This document shows, piece after piece, positions 39,830 to 50,870 of a stretch of DNA of 64,000 bases. The stretch comes from Nanobdellota archaeon (GTDB lineage Archaea; Nanobdellota; Nanobdellia; Pacearchaeales; JAHJTO01). A program made the position numbers and the translations under genes. The DNA lies in contig JBHPFA010000004.1 in the NCBI GenBank assembly GCA_042572295.1, positions 1,683-65,682 of the forward strand, in the 5' to 3' direction. The stretch's first letter is position 1; the number at the start of each line of letters is the position of its first letter. The notes under the pieces were generated by a model. That model ran no database searches, was not told the DNA's origin, and was given only the letters and a program-made list of their open reading frames with translations.

Positions 39830-40999
39830 TTAATTTTTCATATTGTTAACAATTTCTTGTGCAAATTCTGAACACTTTATTTCTTTTGGACCTTCCATTA
39901 ATCTTGCTAAGTCATAAGTTACTGTTTTATTTTGGATTGTTTTTTCCAAACCAGCGATGATAAGATCTGCTGCTTCATTCCATCCTAAATATCTTAAAAG
40001 CATTTCTCCAGAAAGAATAACTGAACTCGGATTTACCTTATCTAGTCCAGCATATTTGGGGGCAGTACCGTGTGTTGCTTCAAACACTGCACATCCAGTA
40101 TCATAATTTATATTCGCTCCAGGAGCCATTCCTATTCCTCCAACTTGTGCAGCTAGAGCATCCGAAATGTAATCGCCGTTGAGGTTTGTTGTTGCGATAA
40201 CATCAAACTCTGTCGGTCTTAATAATATTTTTTGTAAAAATGCGTCGGCAATAACATCTTTTACTTCAACATTTGGAAAATCTTTTGCAAGGCCATATCC
40301 CCAATTCATAAAACTTCCTTCTGTATATTTCATAATGTTTCCTTTATGGACGAGAGTTACTGATTTTTTATTATTTTTTTGTGCATAATTTAATGCAGCA
40401 ATGATTAATCTTTCGCTTCCCTCTTTTGAAATAGGTTTTATTCCGATATTAGAATTAACAAATCTTGGTTGTTTTCCGAGGGTGTTTAAGAATTCAACAA
40501 CTTTTCTTGCATCTTCCCCATAAAATTCAATTCCAGAATAAACATCTTCTGTATTTTCTCTAAAAATAATCATATCTACCCTTTCTGGATGTTTTACTGG
40601 AGCGGGAGTTCCTTTAAAATATCTCACAGGACGAACACAGGCATAAAGATCTAGCAATTGTCTTAATGCAACATTGATACTTCTAACACCTTTCCCAATG
40701 GGAGTTGTTAAAGGCCCTTTTATTGCAATCAAATGATTTTTTATTGTGTTTAAAGTTTCTTGAGGCAATAAACTTTCAGGACATTTTTCACCATAAACCT
40801 TTTTTGCCTTATCCCCTGCATAAACTTCTAACCATTCAATCTTTTTTTGTCCATTATAGGCTCTTTCAACTGCTGCATTAAATACTTTTGATGCCGCAGC
40901 CCAAATATCTGGACCAATCCCATCCCCTTCGATAAAAGGAATAATCGGATTGTTCGGAACAATTAAATTTCCCTTTTCTAGCCTAATTTTCTCTGCCAT
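39830..40999 (-). CDS. icd: isocitrate dehydrogenase (homodimeric, E. coli Icd-like)
   Basis: [47 protein letters not shown] and [12 protein letters not shown]. Confidence 0.95.
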   Translation of the reverse strand: MAEKIRLEKGNLIVPNNPIIPFIEGDGIGPDIWAAASKVFNAAVERAYNGQKKIEWLEVYAGDKAKKVYGEKCPESLLPQETLNTIKNHLIAIKGPLTTPIGKGVRSINVALRQLLDLYACVRPVRYFKGTPAPVKHPERVDMIIFRENTEDVYSGIEFYGEDARKVVEFLNTLGKQPRFVNSNIGIKPISKEGSERLIIAALNYAQKNNKKSVTLVHKGNIMKYTEGSFMNWGYGLAKDFPNVEVKDVIADAFLQKILLRPTEFDVIATTNLNGDYISDALAAQVGGIGMAPGANINYDTGCAVFEATHGTAPKYAGLDKVNPSSVILSGEMLLRYLGWNEAADLIIAGLEKTIQNKTVTYDLARLMEGPKEIKCSEFAQEIVNNMKN

Positions 41000-41138
41000 A
41001 AATTAATTTCTGTTTAGAAGTTATTTAAAGATTTGTTTGATTGAAACAATAATGACTCTTAAGACAAGTACTCCTATTAAAGAGATATATAATTACTTTG
41101 AAGTAAGCTTTATAAACATGTTTTCGTTTAAAAATAAC

Positions 41139-42023
41139 ATGAATAAAAGAGGACAGGTAGCCCTATTTGTGATTATAGGAATATTGCTTGTAAGTGCAGT
41201 TATTTTTGTGTATCTCTTCAAACCACAATTGCTTGGAATATCTCTTGGTCCTGAAGAAGCTCAAAAATTAGTAACTTCACAAGTCCAACCAGTAAGAGAT
41301 TTTACACAAGATTGTATGTATGATTCTGCAAGAAAAACTCTTAACACTATGGGGAGACAAGGAGGATTTGTGCTTCCAAAATTAGATAGAGTCATGATAC
41401 CTTCTGCAGTTATGTCTGATGCTCCATTAATATCTTATGCACTCTTTTATGACAGAGATTTAGGATATATCAATAATCTTCCTTCTATAAATGAATTAAA
41501 AGATGAGTTGATCCCTTTCTTAGAGGGAAGCCTAGATTTTGCTATTTGTATTGAAGAATATGAGAATTTTGAAAAGATATTGGATGTTAAGGTTGTTGGA
41601 GAATTAGATGTTGATGAGAGCAAGGTAGATATTGGAGAAAGTAGTGGACAGATAGTTATTCCTTACAAATATCCTGTTGAGATTTCAAAAGGAGAAGCTT
41701 CTGCATTAATAGAAGATTATGAATTAGTTATCCCTATCAATTTAGCGAGAATAAGAGGGGTTGGAGCAAGAATTATCAATGACTTATCTACTGGAAAGAA
41801 TTACATGGAAGTAATTGGAGAAGAAGCAGATTTAGAATGGGATGAAGTCAGAGCAAATCCAAACTCTGAAAAGATATTTACTTCAGCAGAAGCTTTTAGT
41901 GAAGTTTCTTCAGAAGGATCAAATAAGGCCTATAGCGAAGATAATTTACTTTTTAACCTAGAATATAGAAATCCTGGTTTAGTCACACCTTATAATTTTT
42001 ATTTCCTTGTAGGAAGACCTTAA
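41139..42023 (+). CDS. pilin-like protein with class III signal peptide
   Basis: MNKRG/QVALFVIIGILL. ATG 41139 lies ~25 nt after TTTATAAA. Confidence 0.78.
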   Translation: MNKRGQVALFVIIGILLVSAVIFVYLFKPQLLGISLGPEEAQKLVTSQVQPVRDFTQDCMYDSARKTLNTMGRQGGFVLPKLDRVMIPSAVMSDAPLISYALFYDRDLGYINNLPSINELKDELIPFLEGSLDFAICIEEYENFEKILDVKVVGELDVDESKVDIGESSGQIVIPYKYPVEISKGEASALIEDYELVIPINLARIRGVGARIINDLSTGKNYMEVIGEEADLEWDEVRANPNSEKIFTSAEAFSEVSSEGSNKAYSEDNLLFNLEYRNPGLVTPYNFYFLVGRP

Positions 42024-42024
42024 A

Positions 42025-45000
42025 ATGAGAAAAATAGATTACAGAATTGAAAGAATATTCGCAGTATTTACAATATACTTAATGTTTTCTTTAACTATTG
42101 CTTCTGCATATGCAATTGCAATTCCTGAAGAAGAAATAATGAGTAAACAAAGTCCTTTAGCTTCATTATCACTATTCTTTATCGAAGTACTAGATTCAAT
42201 GCTTCCGGGAGTTGCTGCTGATGATGATTTCTGTTGTGAAAGAACAACAACTGGAAGTTATTGTATTGAGATGGACCGTGATGCTTCAGAGGATTGTGAT
42301 GTTCCACTAACACCTGGAAGATGTTCTGCAGATATAGATGGTTGTTTTATTGGAACTTGTATACAACAGAACGGAGATTGTGACGCTTATATGCCTCAAC
42401 AAAAATGTGAAGACAGCTTCGGAGTTTGGGATTCTAGACCTTTATTAGAAATTGATGCTTGTACGCCTACTTGTTGTATATATACTGATGATGAAAAAAT
42501 TGTAGATACAGAACATGTAGCTTTTAGAAATAAATGTGAAAGATTACCTCAATTCGAAGAAGAGGAATTAAACTTAGAAGAAAGAAATGTTAATCCTGTA
42601 ACTTGTAGAAGTTTAGTTGATGTTGAAACAAATGGTTATTGTACTTTCATAGATAAAGCAGTTTGTGAATTTACAACTTTTGGTGAATGTAATGAAGATG
42701 GAGGAAACTGGGAAGGAAATAAAAGATGTGCTTCTTGTGTTCCAAACTTTGAAATAAGATGTCCTTCTGAAAAAGATCCTATTGAACAAGGATTTGGTGC
42801 TTATTATTTTGATTCTTGTGGTGGTCCTGGAGATATTTATGATGCTTGTGACATCGAGGAAGTTTGTGAAGCTGACGAAGGAGAAATAGCCCATTGTGAA
42901 GATAAAACTTGTCCGCTAGATATTAGATTTACAAACTTAGGTTATGATACAGAATATTTCAAGGCAAATGAAGTTGAAATTGAGGGGATGTTTGAAGGCA
43001 ATTATATTAATACAAAAGTCCTAGCAGGTACTGAAGAAGCAATTAATGGTTATAACTTACAACATGGAGAACAAGCTTGTGTAAGATTCCAAGGTCCAGG
43101 AGAGCAACATTATATGATTTCTTGTATCTTTGGAGAGATGCAAGTTTTTGGTGTACATGATTCAAGAGAAAATATTTGTACATTTAATGGAGAAAACGCT
43201 AATGGTGCAGATAATAGATATGAGACTTGTCAATTAAGTGGACAAAATAAGGGAGTTCATGAATATGGGGCAGGTTCTTTCGGAAAATTACTTTCCAAAA
43301 CTTTTAGTTTTTTGGGAGGAGATTTACTTACACCAAAATTCTGGGATAAATGGGCTTTTTTTGCTGGTCCTCTAGGTCTTTCTACTGAACAAAGATGTAA
43401 AGCTGAAGGTGTTCCTCAAGAAAATAGAAATGCTGTAATTGGTGGAGATGAACCTGAACAATATGGTGGGACTCATTGTATTGCGACAAAAGAGAATAAT
43501 GACTGTGTTCCAAAATATGCCCCTGCAACAAATGATTATTGTAACACTTGTTCAACTAATGAAGCAAGTAATCCTTGGAATAAATGTGGAGAAGAAACTC
43601 AATGTACTTCTTTAGGATATTGTACCCAGCAAGAGAATAGGGCAAATGTTCTTGCAAGTGCAACAATTTGTTTAGCTGAGACGACTGCACAAACTGCAAT
43701 ACTTACTGGAATCAGAGCAATAGCCGATAATGATAAAACAAGAAAGTATTTCGAAGATGCAAGAACAAAACTTCGTGGTGATGAAGAAAGTGCCGAGGCA
43801 GCTAAAAAAGAATTGTCAGATACTTGGGCAGATAAAGCCTATAGGGCCATTGCTGGAGATACAAATAAAGATGATGGTAAAATTGCAAAAAGCATCCCTG
43901 ATTTCTTCAGAAAACTCGTTACTGCTCCTGGAACTCTTGTTGGAGGAGAAATTGATAATGGCAAGGCCACAACTGCTGCAAATGAGCTCGGATTGTTTGG
44001 AACATTAGTTGATAGAGCAATTACATTTACTGAAATATTTTTCTTAGGTCCTCCTAGTATAAAGGCAAGCCAGAAAGCTGCTGAGAAAAAGCTTGAAGAA
44101 GGAAAAAAGACTCTAGATCAACTTTTGAAAGATGCTGATGCAAAAATGAAAAAGCTTGGTGCGGATGCGAAAGTAGTGCACAGTGGAGAAGGAGCTGTAG
44201 AGATTAGCGCTGGGGAAAGAGGATATACTGTAACTACAAATGGAATTTTTGTTGGAGGAGCAGGTCATTTTGAAGATGGAGCGATTCCCCCACAATATAA
44301 AGGAGCTTTTGAAGCAGGTCAAGCTTATTTAGCTGCTCAAAGAATTTTAACAACAGAAGCACAAAGAAAAGCATTGTTTGGTTACTTCGCAAGACAAAGT
44401 GCTCAAACTGCAGCAGATGGAGAACAGCAAAAACTTCAGAATAGAGCGACAGAAATGAATAAGGCCGGACAAGGATTTGAAGCACCTCCTACTACACAAA
44501 GACCACAACAACCTGCAGAACAAATAGATATAGATAAAATAGGAAGTGCAGAAGCTGCTATAAAAGGGTTTGAGGGAAAAATAGGAGAACTAAGGACGCA
44601 AATTCAACAGCAAGAAGCAGCACAACAAAGTCTTCCTGCAAATCAAAGAATTGATTTAAGTCTTACTACTGAACAAATTAATGATATAGATAATGGTGTA
44701 CAAGACTTGATTGAAAATATTGAAAAGCTTAAACAAGATGTTGCACCAAGTACTGTTCAACAACCTCCTCAAAACATAGACCAATACTTAACACAAACTA
44801 ATGAAATAGATGAGGGATTGAAACACTTGATTGAAAATACCGAAGAGCTAACACAAAATTTGGAGGATGCAGCAAGTGCGGCGGAAAGTCCACCTGAAGC
44901 AAAAGTTAAATTAGAGCCAGTAACACAAACTGCAGCAAATCTTGAAGAAAGTCTTAAAGCTTTACAAGGTGCTGGAGGGGTTTTAGGAGAAGCTGGAGCA

Positions 45001-47829
45001 AGTTTAGGTGGAACAGGTAGACAACCACCACAAGAAGGAGGACAAATTAGTTTAGAACCAGAAGAAAGTAGTGGAGACGAGGGAGGACTTAAAGGATTAC
45101 TTAGATTATTAACTGGAGCTGGAAAAGATGGCGGGGGAGAGGTTACACCTCCTGCTGGAGATAATCCTCCTGGAGAGGTAAAAATAGATAAACCTCAAGC
45201 TCAAACAGAACCTAGTTTGAAAAAAATAGGGGGGAGAAAATTAATTTCCAACTTTTTCAAAATAGGAAATAACAAAGATGTCGCTGCAGAATTTGAATTC
45301 AATACTTTTAATATACTAGCTGAAGAACCTGAAACATATACTCTTACATTGAGTGAATCTGGAAATCTTCGATATGAAAACACTTTAACAGGAGCAAGTC
45401 AAGAATTAGTGGCAGTAGATAGCTTCAATGATAAATTAGATAATCTTCTCGATAAATACAATTTCTTAGGTGATATTAAAAGTGCTGAAAACTTTGATAC
45501 TTTCTACGTTAGAAATGCTGATGCTATAAGAGAAAATAATGCAGCATTAGAATTACAACTTAGATCTTTGGCTAAAGATGCAGACAAAATAGCAAACTTT
45601 GGTGTTGGAGGTTACAATTACTTAAGTCCTAGTGAAATAGAAACTTATGACACTACAACATCTCAAATCATTGGAAAAGCCAATAATGGAATGCGTGTAG
45701 ACTTACAAAGTCAAGGACTTAATCAAAAATATTTAGATAACCTTCCTACAGTTAAAGTTTTAAGGAATGTAAATAAATTAAACAGAAAATTAAGTACAGG
45801 ATCCCCAACTGCTTTCTCAGGTCAAGGAGCAATTCCTTTAACAGGTTCGGCAACAGCAGCAAACACACCAGCACCTGGAAGAGTTCCTACATCCCTAGAA
45901 TTAGGAGCAGATCAACTTGCTGTTCAGTCTTCAGAATATCATGGAGGATTATACCACTTCCCTATTCGTGCACAATATGAACAAAAGAAATCAGGATATG
46001 CTGAGACATTAAAAAATTATGTTAAATCTCAAGGAAGTCTTGGTGGATTCCTTGCAAGACAATTTGTTTCTCTTGGAAAAAGTTATCTTGTTGGATTGAT
46101 ATTATTCGTAATGTTAGAAGAAGATGCAGGACTTGCATCATTTGCAAACCCTCAATATTATATAAAAGCAGGAGTATGTTTCTATCTTGCACCTTTTGTA
46201 GGAAGTCATAAGGCTTGTATGAAGGCAAAATGGATAGTTCCTGGAGTTGTTTGTACATTCCAATCAGCTGTAAACTCAGAAGCGCTTTCAAGAAACGTTT
46301 GTATACCTACTCCTGGTGAACAAATGCCTGGAGTAGTTGCTGGACATCAAAACTGTGAGAAATGTCATGAAGATTCTTATCCTTGTACTGCAGAAAGATG
46401 TCAAACATTAAGTTCAGATGGAAGTTGTGTTTATGATGCATATGAAAGGCAATGTTTCCCTGATCCTGAAAAAGTTAAAGAGTGTGGCTCTGCATCCAAA
46501 GTCGAGATGTTAGAGATAAATGATGAGAAGATTCCTTCGAATAATAGATTTACTGTGGTAAACATCCCTTATGAAGATGCTTCTTATGAAATTGAAGTAA
46601 AGACTGATCTTGCAGCCGAATGTAAATACACAATAAATAAAACAGAGGGCTGGGAAAACATGAAGCAATTAATAACTGACAGGTCTTTTGTTAAACATAA
46701 TGTTACATTAAGTGTATTTGACCCTGAAAGAGCTAACTTCACATACTTTGTATTATGTAAAAGAGCTTGTAAACTTCCTAGTTGGTCTGAAACAATTGAA
46801 TTGAATTTAGTAAAAGAAGAAAAGCCAGATTTAATCGGGCCAATAATCATTAGTAAAAATCCTGAACCCGATACTCCAATTGAAGGGGGAAGTCATGATG
46901 AAAGAGAATTATTGATGTGGGTTGAGACTGATGAGAATGCTGTATGTAGATGGAAAGAATGGCCACTTGCAGCAGGAATTGATTCTTTTATTGGAGAAAT
47001 GGAAAGAATAGAAGAGATTGCAAGTAACTTACTTGATACAGAAGCATCACAACAAACATTAGAATCAGAATTATCCTTGACTGGATTGTCTTGGGATGAT
47101 CCAAATTTAACAGATATTGAATATGAAGCTGGAGTAAGTTTTGCAGAAAGACATGAAGTTAGATTTGAAGGAGATAATGCATTAAACAACAGTGAGATTT
47201 ATGCTTATGTATTCTTATGTCAAGATGAAAAAGGAAATCTTGGAGAAGTTCCAGGAATTGTAAGATTCAAGGTTAGTGAAGAGTTTGAAGTTGAAATAAA
47301 AGAGCCCATAAATAAAACAGTTGAAGGCCGCCCAGAGATTAGAGTAACTACTGAAAGATCTTCTTCATGTAGATATAGTATTGAAAATCAAGCTCCCTTC
47401 AAAGAGATGAGCAGCTTTGATCAAACTGGAGGCACAAGCCACAAAACTACAACAACTAAGTTATTATCATTCGGAGATCATAGATTAATTGTAAGTTGTT
47501 TAGATGAAGATGGATTCAATATTGCATCAGATGAAAGTAGATTCAGTGTTGTAAAAGATTCAACTTCACCGAAGATTGTAAGAGCATATAAAGATGCAGA
47601 AACATTATTAGTTTCTACAGATGAATTAACAAGCTGTCAATATGATTTCAAAAGCTTTACTTATGGCGGAGGAAAAGATATGACTGGAAATAATCCAGTT
47701 GCTATAACTCACAGAGTAGAATGGAGACCTAAGACAACTTATTTCATTGTGTGTAGAGATAGATTCGGAAATTTACGTAGCACTTCATTAAAAACTACTA
47801 AAAGTACTTCAGGGGCATTTTCAATATAA
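42025..47829 (+). CDS. giant (1934 aa) secreted Cys-rich surface protein with a central helical region and C-terminal Ig-like repeats
   Basis: N-terminal hydrophobic segment, CC/CxxC-rich regions, and repeated V.TD..A.C.Y...H...Y...C.D..GN units at the C-terminus. Confidence 0.85.
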   Translation: MRKIDYRIERIFAVFTIYLMFSLTIASAYAIAIPEEEIMSKQSPLASLSLFFIEVLDSMLPGVAADDDFCCERTTTGSYCIEMDRDASEDCDVPLTPGRCSADIDGCFIGTCIQQNGDCDAYMPQQKCEDSFGVWDSRPLLEIDACTPTCCIYTDDEKIVDTEHVAFRNKCERLPQFEEEELNLEERNVNPVTCRSLVDVETNGYCTFIDKAVCEFTTFGECNEDGGNWEGNKRCASCVPNFEIRCPSEKDPIEQGFGAYYFDSCGGPGDIYDACDIEEVCEADEGEIAHCEDKTCPLDIRFTNLGYDTEYFKANEVEIEGMFEGNYINTKVLAGTEEAINGYNLQHGEQACVRFQGPGEQHYMISCIFGEMQVFGVHDSRENICTFNGENANGADNRYETCQLSGQNKGVHEYGAGSFGKLLSKTFSFLGGDLLTPKFWDKWAFFAGPLGLSTEQRCKAEGVPQENRNAVIGGDEPEQYGGTHCIATKENNDCVPKYAPATNDYCNTCSTNEASNPWNKCGEETQCTSLGYCTQQENRANVLASATICLAETTAQTAILTGIRAIADNDKTRKYFEDARTKLRGDEESAEAAKKELSDTWADKAYRAIAGDTNKDDGKIAKSIPDFFRKLVTAPGTLVGGEIDNGKATTAANELGLFGTLVDRAITFTEIFFLGPPSIKASQKAAEKKLEEGKKTLDQLLKDADAKMKKLGADAKVVHSGEGAVEISAGERGYTVTTNGIFVGGAGHFEDGAIPPQYKGAFEAGQAYLAAQRILTTEAQRKALFGYFARQSAQTAADGEQQKLQNRATEMNKAGQGFEAPPTTQRPQQPAEQIDIDKIGSAEAAIKGFEGKIGELRTQIQQQEAAQQSLPANQRIDLSLTTEQINDIDNGVQDLIENIEKLKQDVAPSTVQQPPQNIDQYLTQTNEIDEGLKHLIENTEELTQNLEDAASAAESPPEAKVKLEPVTQTAANLEESLKALQGAGGVLGEAGASLGGTGRQPPQEGGQISLEPEESSGDEGGLKGLLRLLTGAGKDGGGEVTPPAGDNPPGEVKIDKPQAQTEPSLKKIGGRKLISNFFKIGNNKDVAAEFEFNTFNILAEEPETYTLTLSESGNLRYENTLTGASQELVAVDSFNDKLDNLLDKYNFLGDIKSAENFDTFYVRNADAIRENNAALELQLRSLAKDADKIANFGVGGYNYLSPSEIETYDTTTSQIIGKANNGMRVDLQSQGLNQKYLDNLPTVKVLRNVNKLNRKLSTGSPTAFSGQGAIPLTGSATAANTPAPGRVPTSLELGADQLAVQSSEYHGGLYHFPIRAQYEQKKSGYAETLKNYVKSQGSLGGFLARQFVSLGKSYLVGLILFVMLEEDAGLASFANPQYYIKAGVCFYLAPFVGSHKACMKAKWIVPGVVCTFQSAVNSEALSRNVCIPTPGEQMPGVVAGHQNCEKCHEDSYPCTAERCQTLSSDGSCVYDAYERQCFPDPEKVKECGSASKVEMLEINDEKIPSNNRFTVVNIPYEDASYEIEVKTDLAAECKYTINKTEGWENMKQLITDRSFVKHNVTLSVFDPERANFTYFVLCKRACKLPSWSETIELNLVKEEKPDLIGPIIISKNPEPDTPIEGGSHDERELLMWVETDENAVCRWKEWPLAAGIDSFIGEMERIEEIASNLLDTEASQQTLESELSLTGLSWDDPNLTDIEYEAGVSFAERHEVRFEGDNALNNSEIYAYVFLCQDEKGNLGEVPGIVRFKVSEEFEVEIKEPINKTVEGRPEIRVTTERSSSCRYSIENQAPFKEMSSFDQTGGTSHKTTTTKLLSFGDHRLIVSCLDEDGFNIASDESRFSVVKDSTSPKIVRAYKDAETLLVSTDELTSCQYDFKSFTYGGGKDMTGNNPVAITHRVEWRPKTTYFIVCRDRFGNLRSTSLKTTKSTSGAFSI

Positions 47830-47841
47830 TTCTTCTAGAAA

Positions 47842-48372
47842 ATGGTAAGGAAATTTAACAAAAAAGGTCAAAGCACTATTGAATTTCCCTTTCAAATGCT
47901 CTTTTCATTAATTCTTATTGCAGTTTTCTTATATGCTGCATTCACAGGAATAAATTATTTTTTAGAAAGAGCAGACCAAATAAAAATAGGTCAATTTGTC
48001 TTAGAAATAAAGGCTGAAGTGAATGAAGTTTGGCAAACTGCTGAATCTGAACAAGACTATACTGCTCAACTTCCAAGTAAAATTGAAGTAGTTTGTTTCG
48101 GGGACCTTTCTAGTACATTAGTCAATTTATTCTGTCCTGATTTTGAACTTTATAGACGACAAGCATTGATTCGTGAAGCGAATATGCTTCTTTGTCCACC
48201 TGTAGAATCTACTAAAGTGGGAACAGATGCTTATTATAAAATTGATTGTGAGGGCAAGGAATGTTTAAAGATTGAACAAGATCTGGGTGTGAGCTGTATT
48301 CCTGTTGAAAATGGAAAACTTTCTCTTACTTTGAGTAAAGATTTAGAAAGCCCTACAGTCTCAATTAATTAA
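47842..48372 (+). CDS. pilin-like protein (class III signal peptide)
   Basis: KKG/QSTIEFPFQMLFSLILIAV. Confidence 0.78.
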   Translation: MVRKFNKKGQSTIEFPFQMLFSLILIAVFLYAAFTGINYFLERADQIKIGQFVLEIKAEVNEVWQTAESEQDYTAQLPSKIEVVCFGDLSSTLVNLFCPDFELYRRQALIREANMLLCPPVESTKVGTDAYYKIDCEGKECLKIEQDLGVSCIPVENGKLSLTLSKDLESPTVSIN

Positions 48373-48373
48373 A

Positions 48374-49330
48374 ATGATGAAAAAAAGAGGTGCAGTTTCG
48401 TATGTATGGATATTCTCCTTAATTATCGGAGCATTGATTCTGTTCCTTGCAATATTTTCTGCTCAAAAATTTACAGAAACTTCTAGTCTGCAAGAACAAA
48501 GAACTTTAGTGAGGCAATTTGATATTTTGCTTGATCCTTTTGCAAGTGTTGGAAGTATTGCAACAATGACTTTGAGTAAAAGTGTTTCAATGGCTACTGA
48601 TGTTCAAATAAATTTTAGATGTAGTAAAGAAGAAAATTATAATGAAGTGAATTTAAGAACAAAAACAAGGGGAGAATGGAATAAATGGCCAATTCCTGGA
48701 TTCAAGATTAGAGATAAGTATGTTTTCTCTGAAAGTTTAGAAGGAAAAGATTTTTGGGTGTTTGCTAAACAGTTTGAAATGCCTTGGCGTGTTGATGATT
48801 TAATTTATATTGCAGATCAAAGCTATTGTTTTAATTTTGATATTGAAAATGCTCCCCAAAACATGAAACCTGAATTGGAAGCAATAAAAAGAGAAGTCGA
48901 AGCATTACAATCTGATGTAATTGCCGTCGAGGGAAGTTGTATTCCTGGAAGTAAAGATGTTTGCATCAAAACAAGTCATGGAAGAAGAGATTGCAGCATA
49001 AATGTGTTTTACGACTTGGGTCTTGTTAAGAAAGATGGAGAATCAATCCCTTTCATTGATAATTCATTGATGTATGGAATAATTCTTTCTGATCCAGAGT
49101 TTTATGATTGTAATTTAAACAGATTACTTAGAAGAGCAAGAACTCAGACCGAGATAAACTTAGACAAAGCAAAAGTGATGGAACAAAAAGGATGTAACAC
49201 TAGGGGATTGCAAAGTAGTCTAGAAAAGATGAAGACTGAATTAAATCGTGAAAGAATAATTATAGGAGAATTAAAAAGAATTTCTGAAGAAGTTGAAAAA
49301 AATAATCCTAAGGAGTGTGCTGTGTTTTAA
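48374..49330 (+). CDS. pilin-like protein (class III signal peptide)
   Basis: KKRG/AVSYVWIFSLIIGALIL. Confidence 0.75.
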   Translation: MMKKRGAVSYVWIFSLIIGALILFLAIFSAQKFTETSSLQEQRTLVRQFDILLDPFASVGSIATMTLSKSVSMATDVQINFRCSKEENYNEVNLRTKTRGEWNKWPIPGFKIRDKYVFSESLEGKDFWVFAKQFEMPWRVDDLIYIADQSYCFNFDIENAPQNMKPELEAIKREVEALQSDVIAVEGSCIPGSKDVCIKTSHGRRDCSINVFYDLGLVKKDGESIPFIDNSLMYGIILSDPEFYDCNLNRLLRRARTQTEINLDKAKVMEQKGCNTRGLQSSLEKMKTELNRERIIIGELKRISEEVEKNNPKECAVF

Positions 49331-49774
49331 ATGGATAAAGGACAATTAAAAATTCAAGAGATGGCATTTGTTTTGTTAGCATTAGCATTTCTTGGAAGTT
49401 TAGTCTTTATTTTTGTTATTAATTTTCAATCAGACAACATAACTTCGGAAGCAGAATCATTGAATCAGGAAAGAGCTTTAGTGTTAAGAGACAAGATTGC
49501 CAGTTTGCCTGAATTAAAATGTGCTAGAATAAACTGTATTGATAAAGATAAAGCAGAGATTTTAGGAGATTATGACTTAGATGATGTGTTTCAAGGTTTA
49601 GTGGGGGCAAGAATAGTTCAATTATATCCTAAAGGAAATGAAATAGTGCTTTATGAAACAAATAAACCAAAAACAAGAGATTATCCTACATTCATCAATC
49701 TATGCGAACAGCAAAAGATAGGTTCCGTGTTTGATTATAACTGTGGATTGGCCTTACTTTTAGTGAGCATATAA
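49331..49774 (+). CDS. pilin-like protein (class III signal peptide)
   Basis: KG/QLKIQEMAFVLLAL. Confidence 0.78.
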   Translation: MDKGQLKIQEMAFVLLALAFLGSLVFIFVINFQSDNITSEAESLNQERALVLRDKIASLPELKCARINCIDKDKAEILGDYDLDDVFQGLVGARIVQLYPKGNEIVLYETNKPKTRDYPTFINLCEQQKIGSVFDYNCGLALLLVSI

Positions 49775-49778
49775 TAAA

Positions 49779-50210
49779 ATGAAGATAAACAACAAAAAAG
49801 GACAAGAAGAGATTATGGGTTTCATGCTAATAGTATTGCTTATAGTCATAATCGGATTCATTTTTGTATTCTTCTTAAGGCCTCAAGAAGTTGATGCTGG
49901 AGACTCTCAAGTAGAGAACTTGCTTTATGCTATTACTGCAACCACTTATGATGGCCAGACGATTAGCTCTAGAATAGGGAATTGTGAGAAAGGAATTGGA
50001 TGTATAGAGTTAGGAGAAGGTCTTTCAGATATAATGGATGCTGCTTTTGCTGGATCTGGAACTGTGATAGGCCAGAATTTGCGAGGATATAGCCTTAATA
50101 TGAGTGGAGGAGTGATTTATTTCGTTTCTGAGGGCAATATAACAGGCCAGAGAAGAGGTTCTGGAACTGTTGTGAGTGATACTCTAATAAGGCTTAGATT
50201 CTATTACTAA
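49779..50210 (+). CDS. pilin-like protein (class III signal peptide)
   Basis: KKG/QEEIMGFMLIVLLIVIIG. Confidence 0.78.
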   Translation: MKINNKKGQEEIMGFMLIVLLIVIIGFIFVFFLRPQEVDAGDSQVENLLYAITATTYDGQTISSRIGNCEKGIGCIELGEGLSDIMDAAFAGSGTVIGQNLRGYSLNMSGGVIYFVSEGNITGQRRGSGTVVSDTLIRLRFYY

Positions 50211-50221
50211 AGGGCTTAGAA

Positions 50222-50587
50222 TTAGAGCTTTATGTTGATTTGGAGTGTATCTAAGTTAATTACAGGCTTTAGACTAACTCTAGACTTGCCTTGTTTTTGC
50301 AGTCTAACTATGCCAAAATGGTTCAATAATGCTATGTCTTTTCTTACAGATTGGAAGTCTCTATCCAACATTTTAGCTAAAACATAAATTGAGGAAGGAT
50401 CATTTTGCTTTATTGTATGGATTAATTTGGCCCTTTCATTGCTCAACAAAGCACGCACTTGAGCCACTTCTCCAAAAAGAGATTCTCTAGAAAATAAATG
50501 AAATAAAGTACCAAAAGTACCTCGTTTATGTTGCAAAGAAATGTATTTTATCCCCGCTCTTTTCTTTTTTTTCTGTTTTTGTGCCAT
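50222..50587 (-). CDS. winged-HTH regulator (HVO_A0114-like)
   Basis: LLSNERAKLIHTIK...PSSIYVLAKMLDRDFQSVRKDI..L...GIV...KP. Confidence 0.8.
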   Translation of the reverse strand: MAQKQKKKKRAGIKYISLQHKRGTFGTLFHLFSRESLFGEVAQVRALLSNERAKLIHTIKQNDPSSIYVLAKMLDRDFQSVRKDIALLNHFGIVRLQKQGKSRVSLKPVINLDTLQINIKL

Positions 50588-50870
50588 TTGTTAAAATAGT
50601 TTGGATTCATAAATATATAAATCTTATGGTTTATGGATAGTGGTTTAAAATTCCACTATATCTAGAAAGCATACTTTGAATATACTGGTTATTTTATACT
50701 ATATATCTTGAAAATATGCTTTAAATCTCATACTTTTTTCATTATATCGACGGAAAAAAGAACTTTAAAATTTAATATGCAAATAGCCATTTAACAAGTA
50801 ATAATACCGTAATATTTAAAAAGAAAAATTCGTTTTTTACACAAAAAGTTCGCTTTTTTTCGAAGAAACA

